DNA from: Eledone cirrhosa
Lineage: Eukaryota
Assembly: GCA_964016885.1 (NCBI GenBank)
Contig: OZ024762.1
Location: 5,146,001-5,210,000, forward strand
Length of the DNA: 64,000 nt
Direction of reading: 5' to 3'
The translations under genes were made by a program, and so were the position numbers. Positions 27,896-42,173 of this stretch are shown here, in pieces (within the stretch, counting starts at the first letter, position 1; each line of letters opens with the position of its first letter). The notes beneath the pieces were generated by a model, which worked only from the letters and a program-made list of their open reading frames with translations, was not told the DNA's origin and did not search any database.

Positions 27896-28489
27896 TAAGA
27901 CCTGGGATACACCCAGCAATGGACGTGTAAACTGACAGTACCAGATTTAGGACAAATGAGGCCCTGTGCTGTTAAGTTATGAGGCCCATTACTTGAGCCC
28001 TGAAAGAGGTAAAAAATAATTTTAGGCAGGAAGATGCCCCCCTCCCTCTGGCCAACGAGGCCCTGTGCTTAAGCACACCTTAGCTCTATGGTAAATTTGG
28101 CACTGCTGACAGTTAAATTTCCAAAATTGAAGTGGTTGATTAAATGCCAGCTTCTTCTGAAATTGATTTTGAATCTCAGCATTTGAGAAGAGTTTGACCT
28201 TCTCCCTGCTCCCCTCCACCACCACCACCACTACCATCATCATCCTCATCCCCTCATGGGTCTTTAGACTAAGTACCATGTCAATGTTCAAAGGTTGATT
28301 CATTTGACTGAACACCAACTTAGCAAGTCTGTGTTTTTGTTGTACCAATCTATATTCTTTTATGTATCTATATTTTCCTTTATTGATTTCTCTCATTGAT
28401 CTGGAGCCATGTTGGGGCACTGCCATGATATAATCGACCATATTGCACCCTAGTATTTATTTTTTCAAGTTCATGTCTGGTACTTTTTA

Positions 28490-29095
28490 CCTGAGACATT
28501 CTGACCACATGTCCGTAGTATCAGAGCTGTGATCTCTTAATTTACCTGAGACATTATGACTACATGTCCGTAGTATCAAAGCTGTGATCTCTTAATTTAC
28601 CTGAAACATTCTGACCACATGTCCATAGTATCAGAGCTGTGATCTCTCAATTTTCCTGAGACATTCTGACTACATGTCTGTAGTATCAGAGCTGTGATCT
28701 CTCAATTTTCCTGAGACATTCTGACCACATGTCTGTAGTATCAGAGCTATGATCTCTTAATTTACCTGAAACATTCTGACTACATGTCTGTAGTATCAGA
28801 GCTGTGATCTCTTAATTTACCTGAGACATTCTGACTACATGTCCGTAGTATCAGAGCTGTGATCTCTCAATTTACCTGAAACATTCTGACTACATGTATG
28901 TAGTATCAGAGCTGTGATCTTTCAATTTACCTGAAACATTCTGACTACATGCCTGTAGTATCAGAGCTGTGATCTCTTAATTTACCTGAGACATTCTGAC
29001 TACATGTCCGTAGTATTGGAGCTGTGATCTCTCAATTTTCCTGAGACATTCTGACTACAGGACCATAGTATTGGAGCTGTGGTCTCTCAATTCTG
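28490..29095 (-). repeat. 55-bp minisatellite (about 11 units) derived from RTE RT coding sequence
   Basis: Unit CCTGAGACATTCTGACTACATGTCCGTAGTATCAGAGCTGTGATCTCTCAATTTA; the minus strand encodes an IERSQL.YYGHVVRMSQ-like motif also seen at 44890 and 53711. Confidence 0.85.
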
Positions 29096-29654
29096 AGAAG
29101 TAATGGCTTCCTAATCTCCGAGCAATGCATTATTCTTGGGATTGATGTGGGAGCAGAGTCCTGAGACACACCTTCCAGAGGTTCCTGTTAGAAGTAATCT
29201 TCTCCAAATAATATAACTGGATCCAAACTGAGTTCATGGATGTTATCCAAATATCTTGCTTGCAGTGTGGACTGGACACGTTTTGTCCTGTCACCTATAC
29301 AACCATGTAATGTGCAACTATGTATGTGTAAACCGGTGTGTATATATGTATAAACCTGGGTGTATATATATATGAACTTATATATGTGACGTGCAAGATT
29401 TCACAGCTCTAGCATCATTCTTTCTTAGTCAACCTATGAACTCTTCAACCGATCACTGTATGCCTAAACCTATATATGTACAAAATTGGGTGTATATATG
29501 TATAAACTTGGGTATATATATGTATACACTTATATATGTGGCATGCAAGATTTCACAGCTCTAGCATCATTCCTTCTTAGTCAACCTATGAACCTTTCAG
29601 CCGGCCATCATATGAATAAACCTGGGTGTATATATGTATAAACTTATATATATA

Positions 29655-29685
<31 letters not shown>

Positions 29686-29692
29686 GTGTATA

Positions 29693-30042
29693 TGGAGGCA
29701 CATGGCTTAGTGGTTAGAGCATTGGCCTTGCAATCGAAAGGTTGTGAGTTCAATTCTCAGACCGGGTGATGTGTTGTTTCCTTGAGCAAGACACTTTATT
29801 TCACATTGCTCCAGTTTACTCAGCTGTAGAAATGAGATGATAGGGACTGGGGGTCCATATCATTCCACTGCAAAGTGGTCGTGGAGGTGCCACGGCAAAA
29901 AAGCACCCAGCACTCACTGTGAATGAGGTTGGTGTTAGGAAGGGCATCCAGCTGTAGAAATCAAGCCAGAATCAGTTCCCGTCCCACCCTTGCCAGCAGG
30001 GAAAAGTGGACGTAAAATGATGATGATGATGATGATGATGAT
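29693..30042 (+). mobile_element. tRNA-SINE head (29693-29840) followed by an RTE 3'UTR/tail
   Basis: TGGCTTAGTGG and GAGTTCAATTC boxes, CCTTGAGCAAGACACTT core, then RTE 3'UTR and (GAT)n. Confidence 0.8.
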
Positions 30043-30214
30043 AAGCCATACCACCCTTATCACCTACATGTTCACACCCCTACCCTCCTCACACACACAC
30101 ACTACTCATGTCAATCAAATTTAATTATCGTTAATTTTGTTGATTACAAATTAACGGAATTGTTACAGCTGTCTGGAGAGTGTTAAGAAATATTTGCGGA
30201 ATTACATTATGTTC

Positions 30215-30995
30215 TGATTGTTGTTGTTGGTGTTGTTGCTGCTTTTGTTGTTGTTGTTGTTGTTGGTGGTGTTGTAGTTGCTTTTGTTGTTGTTGTTGTT
30301 GCTTTTGTTGTGTTGTTGTTGCTTTTGTTGTGTTGTTGTTGTTGTTGCTTTTGTTGTTCTTGTTGCTTTTGTTGTTGTTGTTGCTGTTGTTGTTGTTGCT
30401 TTTGTTGTTGTTGTTGCTGCTTTTGTGTTGTTGTTGCTGCTTTTGTTGTTCTTGTTGCTGCTTTGTTGTTGTTGTTGTTGTTGTTGTTGTTGCTGCTGCT
30501 TTTGTTGTTGTTGTTGTTGCTGCTTTTGTTGTTGTTGCTTTTGTTGTTGTTGTTGTTGCTTTTGTTGTTGTTGTTGTTGTTGCTTTTGTTGTTGTTGTTG
30601 TTGTTAAATTCTTCAAACAGTATCAGTTATTGTTTCTCTGGTCAAGAATGTTTCCATGGAAGATCAAGGGTCACTCAGAATAATTTAACACCATCCCCAC
30701 CCAACCACACAGCACCCCACCATACTGCCACACCACACTACACATCACCACAAGCCACCAGCACCTCATCACCACACCACACCACCACCTCACCACACCA
30801 TACTGCCACACTACCACACCATCCCACACACCACCACCTCACCACACCATACTGCCACACTACCACACCATGCCACACAGCACCACCTCACCACACACCA
30901 TAATACCCCCCTGTCCCACACAGCACACCACCACCCCTGTCCCACACAGCACACCACCACCCCTGTCCCACACACCACACCATACCCCACTCACC
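30215..30995. repeat. (GTT/GCT)n and (CAC)-rich simple repeats
   Basis: Directly visible. Confidence 0.9.
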
Positions 30996-31199
30996 ATCAG
31001 CTGTGATTGATGACTATGTTGATATCAGTTGTGAAATAATGCTGAACTATGTATGTGTGGCTATATATATAAGTGTGTGAGTGTTTATGGATCGTATATG
31101 TGTGTGTGTATATACATATATATATATGTATATATATATATAAATTAATAAAAACAATGAAATAAAAACAAAGAACAGATTCCTTATATTGAAAAAATC

Positions 31200-31326
31200 A
31201 TCATTTTACGATCGTTTCTGGGATATATGTATGTTGGTATGTATATCATGTTAAAGATCTATGTAAATATTACAAATTATCAGAGGAGATATACATACCT
31301 TCACCTATATATGCCATCTTCAGAAA

Positions 31327-31330
<4 letters not shown>
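31200..31330 (-). ncRNA. Type I hammerhead ribozyme with a very long (~98-nt) helix II
   Basis: Minus strand: ATCATTT CTGAAGA TGG...GGTATGTATATC...GATATACATACC...CCA GAA ACGATCGT A^ AAATGAT. Perfect 7-bp helix I and palindromic helix III. Confidence 0.8.
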
Positions 31331-31376
<46 letters not shown>

Positions 31377-31378
<2 letters not shown>

Positions 31379-32005
31379 CATCATTGTTTAACGTCCATTT
31401 TTCGACGCTAGCATGGGTTAAACGGGTTCTCCCATTTGAGGCAGGTTGGGTCAGATGACTGTATCCTGCTTATACAGAACTGTTTCTGGCTAGATTTCTA
31501 CAGCTGGATGTCCTTCCTAACGCCAACCACATTTACAGAGAGTACTGGGTGCTTTTTGTCATGACTCCTACACGACCACTTTACAGTGTGGGCTGGGTAC
31601 TTTTTGCCGTGACACCTACTTGACCACTTTACAGTGTGGGCTGGGTACTTTTTGTTGTGACACCCTACACGACCACTTTACAGTGGGGACTGGGTGCTTT
31701 TTGTTGTGACCCCTACACGACCACTTTACAGTGGGGACTGGGTGCTTTTTGTCGTGACCCCCTACACGACCGCTTTACAGTGTGGGCCAGGTGCTTTTTG
31801 TTGTGACAACTACATGACCACTTTACAGTGTGGGCTGGGTTGGGTGTTTTTATCGTGACACCTACCAGGCCACTTTACAATGTTGCCATCACGACCATTT
31901 TACAGCTGGAGGCTTCCCTGGACGTAAGCCACAGCCTGAGATGTATAGGAGGGGGTCTGGGGGTGGTGCATACTATATATATGTATGCTTTAGCTTCAGC
32001 CTGTT
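31377..32005 (-). mobile_element. RTE 3'UTR fragment with about 7 internal ~48-bp repeats
   Basis: Reverse complement of the RTE tail with repeated CGACCACTTTACAGTGTGGGCTGGGTGCTTTTT. Confidence 0.85.
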
Positions 32006-32411
32006 CCCATATATATATCATCATCATCATTTAACAGCCACTTTCCCTGCTAGCAAATGTTGGACAAATCTTCACAGACCATGGCTTTACAGAAGTGGGG
32101 CCACAGATATCCCAGACAGGCTAGGGGCTCACAACTTTATCATGGTAATATATTGGTCAGACTGTCCATCGACTGGCTGACAGATTTGCTGAACTGAAAA
32201 TCTGACTTCTTATCGTCACTCTATATATACCCTCTATATATACACTCTATATATACCCTCTGTAAACTATAGCTGCCTTAAACCTGGAGCACAACCCAAC
32301 AAGAGACAGATGCCGTAACAGTATTGAGTACTTCGGCCAATGTTGCCGCTAGTAACCACAAATTACTCACATAATAACATATATATATACATATATACAT
32401 ATATATATATA

Positions 32412-32630
32412 AGACATGTAGGCGCCACGGAAAAAATGCACCCAGCACTCACTGTAAATGAGGTTGGTGTTAAGAAGGGATTCCAGCTGTAGAAATCAAG
32501 CCAGAATCAGTTCCCGTATGAGCAAGACAAGGTCAGCCGACCAGACACTGCTCACAACAGAACAACCTGTCTAACCCATGCTAGCGTGGAAGAACGGACG
32601 TAAAACGGTGATGATGATAATGGTGATGAT
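32412..32630 (+). mobile_element. RTE 3'UTR/tail fragment
   Basis: Near-identical to 25600-25800. Confidence 0.88.
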
Positions 32631-32721
32631 ATATATATATATATATATATATACCCACTTGTAATTGATCTGTTAAGGTCACTCTTGTGAACATATCAAA
32701 CATTTTATACATCTCATGTTG

Positions 32722-32798
32722 TATTTTATCTGAAGAAGGCATGCCCTAATTTATGTCAAACTAAATTTTTGCATCCCCGAAATATATATAATGAAATA
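32722..32798 (+). ncRNA. Type I hammerhead ribozyme motif
   Basis: TATTTTAT CTGAAGA A GG-CATGC...GCAT-CCCC GAA ATATATAT A^ ATGAAATA; 8-bp helix I and palindromic helix III. Confidence 0.7.
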
Positions 32799-32865
32799 AA
32801 TAGTGATGTTATAAGGTTATATCTTTCGTTTATTACTTTATATATATATATATATAAAGAGTTAA

Positions 32866-33073
32866 TCCTTTAGCATTCACATTACTCTATATATACTATT
32901 GTATTTTCATGGTAAACACTTTATCTCACATAATATTGAGTCTACAAGATTTTGATATCATTTATTTTGGGAACAGCACCTTAACAAAAGTATGAGTGGG
33001 TAGTTATGGCCAGTTTGAACAAAAAGAGGTGAGATAATTCTGGCTGGATATGGCCAGTTTAAATGCTAAAGGG
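32866..33073. mobile_element. piggyBac-type MITE (opposite orientation to 910)
   Basis: TTAA-TCCTTTAGCA...TGCTAAAGGG-TTAA. Confidence 0.75.
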
Positions 33074-33305
33074 TTAAATGTCAATATTGGAAGTGCCCCA
33101 TTAAAATGGTATCAGTACTTCTGAAAATGGGCCAAAAATGGAGTGGTCTTATTTCTGCATATGTACTGTGTGACCTGTTCTGGTTCATTTCAGTGATATT
33201 TAGGATGCACTAATGGAAGTCATGACAGAGTTAAATTATTTTAAATATATTATGATATATATCTTCATCACACCCACACATATATATATATATACACACA
33301 CACAC

Positions 33306-33337
<32 letters not shown>

Positions 33338-34351
33338 ATATATATATGTGTGTGTTTGTGTGTATATATGTATATATATATTATTATTATTATTATTATT
33401 ATTACTATATATATAGAGAGAGAGAGAGAGAGAAAGAAAGAGAGAGACAAAAAGGTAAGGATGGAAGCAACACGGAAGTGATACATATATATTTATATCT
33501 GTGTGTGTGTGTGTGTGTGTGTGACAACAACATGCTCGACTACCAGCACTAATATACTTCTTATGAACACCACTACCACCATCAACACCACCACCACCAC
33601 TACTACCACCACCACCACCATCAATACCACCATCATTATCACCATCACCACCACTACCACACCACCACCACCATCACCGTCACTACCACCACTATCACCA
33701 CCACCGTCACCACTACCACACCACCACCACCATCACCACTATCACCACCATCACCACTATCACCACCACCACCACCATCACCACTATCACGACCACCACC
33801 ATCACCACCACTATCACCACCACCGTCACCACTATCACCACCACCACCACCATCACCACCACCACCATCACCACCACCACCATCACCATCACTACCACCA
33901 CTACCACCACCACCATCACCACTATCACCACCACCATCACCACTATCACCATCAACACCACCACCGTCAACAGTTCCTTACCCCCACCTCTACATATCCT
34001 AATAACTGTAGAACATTTGAAAAAGATTTATTTCAAATAGGTTTTTCAAATAAAATATATCCAAAATATATCTAAAATATCAAAAATATCAAAAATATCA
34101 AAAATATCTAAAATATCAAAAATATCAAAAATATCCATTGATTGACGATTCTGTCTGAATTCTATAAAGTAGATTAATATTTTCTGCTTCCATTATGCCA
34201 TAATGTCTTTGGTAAGCCTGACCTGTCAGACTTTCATTCTGACAAATATCTTTCTTCAAATTCTGCGTGCTACATCAAATTTCCTTCACATTTTACTTCT
34301 TCTTTTTTTCTTCTTCTTCTTCTTCTTCTTCTTCTTCTTCTTCTTCTTTTT

Positions 34352-34384
<33 letters not shown>

Positions 34385-34425
34385 CTTCTTCTTCTTCTTC
34401 TTCTTTGACTTCTTCTTCTTCTTCG

Positions 34426-34456
<31 letters not shown>

Positions 34457-35084
34457 CTTTAAGGATGATTATGATGATGGTGGTGGTGTTGATGATGTTT
34501 ATTAAGATTTTAGACATCCATTCCTTCCTTGAACCCTTAATTTCTAATGGATCCACAACTGGGTTTTCAATGATGAGGCCTATCACGCCCTATTCCTCTC
34601 ACCCAGTCACTTTCTCCCTTCCTCAACACATGACCCAACCATCTCATTCCATTTCTCTTCACAACATTCATCACTGGCTCTAGTCTTGTATATATATCCT
34701 GTTTAGAATCAGCACCCCATACCTCTGTGTGCCAGAAGAGACAACTCTGTTATCACCATAAAACAATGCCTCAAAGATGACCTCCTGACCAGCCAACTAA
34801 ATACAATTGAACATTTATTCCAATTTTTTTTACCATGTATGACATTTTCTGACCTCTGTCAAAAAAAAAAAGGTGCAGTGAGGTCAAAGGTGAAATTGGA
34901 TTTCATTGAAAGTAAACAACAAAACAAAAACAAATTGAAAATATTTTTAACCCATGACAACATTTCTCCATGTTTTCATGGGTTAAAAAAGAAAAGAGGA
35001 ATTAGGGATAGAATTGGGGGGGGGGGGGGTGAAGACTAACGTGTGGGCAAGGGGACTGCAAAGGTGTGAGAGAAGTATAGAGTC

Positions 35085-35380
35085 TACATTTTACATCTGG
35101 CCTGGGACTTATCAGTTGAAATAGAACCTACATTTTACATCTGGTCTGGGACTATTTATTACCAATATAAATAGGGTCTCATTTCACATCTGGGTTAGAT
35201 CTGTTACCAGTTTAAACTAGGTTTACATTTCACATCTGGGTTAGATCTGTTATCAATTACAACAAGGCTACATTTCACATCTGGCTTGGACCAATTACCA
35301 TTTGAAAAGAGGCTTTTATTTTACATCTAGTCAGGACCAATTACCAGTTGAAAGGAGGCTTATATTTCACATCTAGTCTA
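35085..35380. repeat. Degenerate ~44-bp tandem repeat
   Basis: Recurrent ATTT(T/C)ACATCTGG...TTACCA. Confidence 0.7.
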
Positions 35381-35910
35381 TATGTCCCACTGCCACACCA
35401 CCACCACACCACCAGCACCACCACACCACTACCACCACCAACACCACTATCACCACCATCACCACATATACTCATACGTATACACAAGCATATACATACA
35501 TATATACTCATATGGTAGTCTCTATTATGGACCAACTAAGTGCTCTTGCCATAATAACACATTTTGAACTGCTTATCCTCAAGAACTCTGCCTGTAAATA
35601 ACATTATTCTTTCTTCCCCATTTCTTTAACATGTTCAACATCACATTATTTTCTCCCCTACATTTTACACCAATACAAATTCCCCCCTTTGATAATGCAT
35701 AAAATGCTGAAACCGGTAATAGACAATTATTACATATATAAATAAATAAATAAATGCTATTGTTAATTAATAAATAAATTAACTAATACCTTAACACTTC
35801 ACACAAAGTAAAATATTTTGTTTTAAACATTTTCTAATCCAGAAAAAAGAGAAAAAAATAAAAGGAAAAAAATATATTTTTCTTCCTAATAATCGTCTTT
35901 TTCTCCCTAT

Positions 35911-35956
<46 letters not shown>

Positions 35957-36225
35957 TATATACGTAAATCATGTCCTTAGAATTATTAGATAAAATATAT
36001 ACCATTTCCTCTCCCAATTAGCATAATTAACCATATAAAAAATCAATTAGACCAAGCTATTTTATCTAATATTTTATCTAATAATTCTAAGGACATGATT
36101 TATGATATATTGCTCTGATTATTTAATTTATTAATTCTTCATTGAGCCACATCGTGACTGGTTGCCACATATATATCTGAGACTTTAAGTATATGTAAAT
36201 CTTTATATATATATATATATATATA

Positions 36226-36411
36226 GTTTTAATATAGATGAGATTCTACAGGACTAGAACTGTTTCATTCTTTAGAAATCATCAGGAATCCCTAAAGAAT
36301 GAAACAGTTCTAGTCCTGTAGAATCTCATCTATATTAAAACTTTTATACTCTGCAATGTATTGAGTACCTTACTTACTGTGGTTACCTCCGACTCAACCC
36401 GGAATAACGTA

Positions 36412-36413
<2 letters not shown>
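36226..36413. mobile_element. Penelope-like pLTR fold-back (same family as 11627-11816)
   Basis: Minus-strand hammerhead joined head-to-head to a 5'-truncated plus copy and its downstream flank; lies in (TA)n. Confidence 0.8.
36240..36291 (-). ncRNA. Type I hammerhead ribozyme, structurally complete
   Basis: Minus strand: GGATTC CTGATGA T-TTC-TAAA-GAA-T GAA ACAG TTCTAGTC CTGT A^ GAATCT. Confidence 0.82.
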
Positions 36414-36446
<33 letters not shown>

Positions 36447-36841
36447 CGTTTCTGAATTTGTTTAGCAAGATTTTTTATCTGAAAACGTGTGTTGAAACCG
36501 ACATTGTTACACTTTGGGAGGGTCATGTTGCCAATAAGAAACACACGCACCAGTTGCTTTCACTCCAATTTATTATAAATTATATAAATTTAAAAATTTA
36601 TAAATAAATTTCCGGTTGGTTGGTTGGTTGGTTGGTTGGTTCCACAACCGGACGGTTGTTCATATATTGTCAAAGTTCTTTTGTCACACATTCTGTGACC
36701 TCTTCAGTGACTGGGGATTCTTTTCTTCGTTTTGTGCTCCTCCTTTGTTCTGTCCTACGCCATCTTGTTTTTGTGTGTGTTGTGTGCTTAGTTTGCGCAT
36801 GTGTTACACATGCACACAACACACAACACACACAAAAACAA

Positions 36842-37943
36842 GACTATATATATATGTGTGTGTGTATGTGTGACTATATATATGTGTGTGTGTATGTGTG
36901 ACTATATATATATGTATGTGTGTATGTATGTGTGACTATATATATATATGTGTGTGTATGTGTGACTATATATATATGTGTATGTATGTGTGACTATATA
37001 TATGTGTGTATGTGTGACTATATATATGTGTGTGTATGTGTGACTATATATATATATATGTGTGTATGTGTGACTATATATATGTGTGTTTGTATGTGTG
37101 ACTATATATATATGTGTGTGTGTGACTATATATATATGTGTGTTTGTATGTGTGACTATATATATTTGTATGTATGTGTGACTATATATATATGTGTATG
37201 TATGTGTGACTATATATATGTGTGTGTGTGTATGTGTGACTATATATATGTGTGTATGTGTTACTATATATATGTGTGTGTGTATGTGTGACTATATATA
37301 TATGTGTGTGTGACTATATATATATGTGTGTGTATGTGTGACTATATATATTTGTGTATGTATGTGTGACTATATATATGTGTATGTATGTGTGACTATA
37401 TATATATGTGTATGTATGTGTGACTATATGTGTGTGTATGTGTGACTATATATATATGTGTATGTATGTGTGACTATATATATGTGTGTGTATGTGTGAC
37501 TATATATATATGTGTATGTATGTGTGACTATATATATATATGTGTGTGTATGTGTGACTATATATATATATGTGTGTATGTGTGACTATATATATGTGTG
37601 TGTGTATGTGTGACTATATATATGTGTGTATGTGTGACTATATATATGTGTGTGTATGTGTGACTATATATATGTGTGTTTGTATGTGTGACTATATATA
37701 TTTGTATGTATGTGTGACTATATATATATGTGTATGTATGTGTGACTATATATATATGTGTATGTATGTGTGACTATATATATGTGTGTATGTATGTGTG
37801 ACTATATATATATGTGTATGTATGTGTGACTATATATATATGTGTGTGTATGTGTGACTATATATATATGTGTGTGTATGTGTGACTATATATATGTGTG
37901 TATGTATGTGTGACTATATATATATGTGTATGTATGTGTGACT
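36842..37943. repeat. TGTGAC(TA)n(TG)n minisatellite
   Basis: Roughly 40 variable-length units anchored by GTGTGACTAT. Confidence 0.9.
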
Positions 37944-38319
37944 CTGGCTCTGTGTGTGACTAATCTGATTATTTGATTCTGACGAGAGTAAAGACTAAAT
38001 ATAAGATTAAGATTAAAGCTATTCTGGGCTGAGTTGTGTCTTAACAATTGCCAGCCATCATCACCACCATCATCACCATCACCACCATCATCACCACCAC
38101 CATCACCATCATCACCACCATCACCACCACCATCACCACCATCATCACCACCATCATCATCACCATCATCACCATTACCATCATTATCAACAACACCATC
38201 ATCACCATCATCATCACCACCATCATCATAACACAATCACCATCATCATCATCATCATCATCACCACCATATCACCATTATCATTATCACCATCATCTCT
38301 GTTTACCGGTAGAGGGTCG

Positions 38320-38455
38320 GAAGACCTGCTTTACAGCATAGAGTTTCGTCCCTTTATGATCTGAGTTCAAATCCCGCCGAGGTTAACTTTGCATTTCATC
38401 CTTACGGGGTCGATAAAATAAAGTACCAGTAATACACTGAGGTCGTTTAAACCGA
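38320..38455 (+). mobile_element. OK-type SINE fragment
   Basis: Matches the 11471 motif. Confidence 0.8.
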
Positions 38456-38649
38456 CAGAATCCAACCAGAATTCTCTCACCTCTTTCTGTTCAAACCAAC
38501 TGTAACTGTCCACTCATACTGATGTTAAGGTATTGTTCTCAAAATAAATAATATCAAAATCTCATAGATTTGAAATTCTGATGTGTATCTGTGAGTATAT
38601 GATCTCATCCGGATGGCTGGAGCAGGTAAAAGAGTATGAGAGACAGAGA

Positions 38650-38689
<40 letters not shown>

Positions 38690-39746
38690 AATGGATAGAT
38701 AGATATATGGAGAGAGAGGGTGGGGAGTGGGAGAGAACTGTTTTACAAACATTTTAAATTTCATATGCATGAGGAGATATTCATATTTAATATATCTTTG
38801 TGTGTGTATATGTATGTGTGTGTGAGAGTGTGTGTATCTGTATGTGTGTGAGTGTGTGTGTGTATCTGTATGTGTGTGAGTGTGTGTGTGTATCTGTATG
38901 TGTGTGTGTGTGAGTATCTGGATGTGTGTGTGAGAGTGTGTGTATCTGTATGTGTGTGAGTGTGTGTGTGTATCTGTATGTGTGTGAGTGTGTGTGTGTA
39001 TCTGTATGTGTGTGTGTGTGAGTATCTGGATGTGTGTGTGAGAGTGTGTGTATCTGTATGTGTGTGAGAGTGTGTATGTGTAAGTGAGTGTGTGTGTGAG
39101 AGCGTGTATGTGTAAGTGTGTGTGTGTGTTTTTACTCAGGCTTTTACATTTCCAAGTAATGTAAGTCTTTATGGCTTATATCATTCTCACACACACACAC
39201 ACATGTATGTGCCATATACACATACACATACTAACACACACATGTATGTGCCATATACACACACACACACTAACACACACACATGTATGTGCCATATACA
39301 CACACACACACTAACACACACACATGTATGTGCCATATACACACACACACACTAACACACACATGTATGTGCCATACACACACACACACACACACTAACA
39401 CATACACACACTAACACTACACATACACACACACACATATTACACACATATACACACTAACACACATACACACACTAACACACATTGTTTCATCTGATTA
39501 ATTCTAAAATACAATTATTTATTTATTAAATCTGAAGATAGGATTAAAGTTTATAAAAAATATAATATATTGCCTATTTTTATGTGAATATATATATATA
39601 TATATATAAGCAGAAGGGATATTCAATTTGTTGGTAATTCAACAAATATAAATGTTTATAACTGATTCAGAGCACTCAACAGATTTTCTGGAGTATATTA
39701 TACAATGATATTAAATAAATGGAAACTATATTTATAAAACCATATT

Positions 39747-39807
39747 TATTCTATTATATGTATTTCAAGGGTACCAAAACTTTGGTACGCTATCATCAGA
39801 TAAAATA
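39747..39807 (-). ncRNA. Type I hammerhead ribozyme motif
   Basis: Minus strand: TATTTTAT CTGATGA T-AG-C-GTACCAAA-GT-TTTGGTAC-C-CT-T GAA ATACATAT A^ ATAGAATA; 8-bp helix I and U.U at the base of helix II. Confidence 0.78.
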
Positions 39808-40126
39808 CAAAATCTGAAAACATTTTGTATTTTATCTGGTATCATATATACACACATTTCCACACACACACACACACACACATCTCCACATACACACATC
39901 ACCACACACATCTCCACATCACTACACACACACATGTCAAACAATTCTGGCCTGTTGTCAACAAAAGCCTTCTATAATCTCCCTCCACAACCAGTGTGTT
40001 ATATTTTTAAAAAATACTCCAATCCACACACACAGACACACACACACACAAACATACACACGCACACACACTCACTCACACACATACACGCACACACGCA
40101 CTCACCTATCTATCTATGTATGCATA

Positions 40127-40172
<46 letters not shown>

Positions 40173-41207
40173 AGCATCTACAAATATATATATATATATA
40201 AACATCTACAAATATATATATGTGTATATACATACACAGACATAAATATATATATATGTTCACACACTCATAAATATATATATACACACATTCACATATA
40301 TATATACGCACACATAAATATATATATAAATATATATATATATATAAATACATATATATATATATATATATATATAAATATATATACACACACACATACA
40401 CACACGCATACAAACACACATCTAAATATATATATATATGTATGTGTGTGAGTGTACTTTTAACCTGTTTACTTATTCCAAACAAACCATTATTGTACCA
40501 CACTGCTATCATCTCTATACAATATCTTCCACCATAACCACACACTCACACCCGTTCATTCATAATTCCCTTCCTCTTATTTGCCCCCTTCTTCTTCTTC
40601 TTCTTCTTCTTAATTTTCTTTAACTTCTTCTTCTTCTCCTTCTCCTTCTCCTCACCCTTCTCTTTTTGTCCCTCTTCCTCTCCTCCCCTTCTTCCTCCTC
40701 CCCAAGAGAGAGAGAGAGAGAGAAAGAGAGTCATCCTCAAATGTACCCTCATACCCTCTTAATAGCCCCCATCCCACAGAACTCACTGCTTCTATGATAC
40801 AAAATCGTTTCTTTTAAAGTGTTTATCTAAAACTTTCAATTATTATGTAACAAGTCTTTCTTAAGTCTTCTATCTTGTCTACACGAGTGTCAGCTACAAA
40901 GGTTGAGTAGATGTGCTTCCTTTGTTAAGTGGGAAGTGCTCATATAGGATTGAAGAAGTCCAGAGCTAAAGTGTGGTAATCCCTGCTATAAATTATCCTC
41001 TGTTGCACTCAGTTGACAACCTTTCGCACCTCAGGGACCACTAAATTTATAATTTAAAATCCTGCGGACCACTAATTTGAATTTTTTTAAAAAAGATAAA
41101 TACATTAAAATTTTTCTGTTGACCATCAAAATTTTCTCTCGGACCACCACTGATCCGCGGTCCACTGCGTGGTGACCGCTGCTCTGTTGTATATATATAT
41201 ATATATA

Positions 41208-41602
41208 AGGGGAGACCCAGGAAGACCTGGGATAAGGTGATAAATGCCGACTTAGAGGAGATGACACATGACCAGGATCTCTGGAGATATGCACTAATAC
41301 AGAAGACCTGACTTCCCACGAGCACAAGCTGCAGCATATGTACAGTTTGCTCCCCCCCCCCCCCCCCCCCCCCAGCCGACACTGTAATGTGGACGTGTAA
41401 AAGACATGGCAAAAAGCACCCAGCCCACACTGTAAATGTGGTTGACGTTAGGAAGGGCATCCAGCCGTAGAAAACCAGCCAGAAACACCACGATTTGAGT
41501 GAGACACAGTCACCCAACACAACTTGCCTTAAAATAGGACCTGTCCAACCCATGCTAGCATGGCAGATGAACGTTAATCGATGATGATGATGATGATGAT
41601 GA
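41208..41602 (+). mobile_element. RTE 3' fragment
   Basis: GRPRKTWDKVINADL-like coding end, 3'UTR and (GAT)n tail. Confidence 0.85.
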
Positions 41603-42173
41603 TTATAAACACCAGGTCCAAACACAATGGAACCAAACTCTTACTTCCCCTGCCACCATTTCCCTCACTGCTCTCTCCATCTCTCACTATTATTAGCAAA
41701 TGTGGGCCCACACGCTGGCCACTCTTTGGCTCTGGCAGGCAGAACAGATAACAACCCTGGAGGATGGTGAGTGAGAAGCCATTCCAGCTGGTGAGACTCA
41801 CACCTGCAGGGATCCATCTCATACATATATGTATATATATAGGGATGCCCTTCCTAACACCAACCTCATTTACAGTGAGTGCTGGGTGCTTTTTTGCTGT
41901 GGCACCTCCACGACCACTTTGCAGTGGAATGATAGGGACCCCAGTCCTATCATCTCATTTCTACAGCTGAGTAAACTGGAGCAGTATGAATCAGACCAGG
42001 TGATGTGTTGTTTCCTTGAGCAAGAAAAATAAAATTTCAAATGTTCAATGCTCTAGGACTGCATTAGGCGATTTATAGATATAGATATATATATTCTAAA
42101 CATTTCAACCCAATCGATGGTCCAAAGTTTATTTACAACAATAACAAGGTTTTTTTTTGTTTTGTATTTTCAG

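Noticed and set aside
39140-39160. Possible 21-nt microexon (cag|GCTTTTACATTTCCAAGTAAT|gtaagt)
   Set aside because: Splice-like signals only; the peptide does not resemble the expected upstream PGAP1 segment and chance occurrence is plausible.
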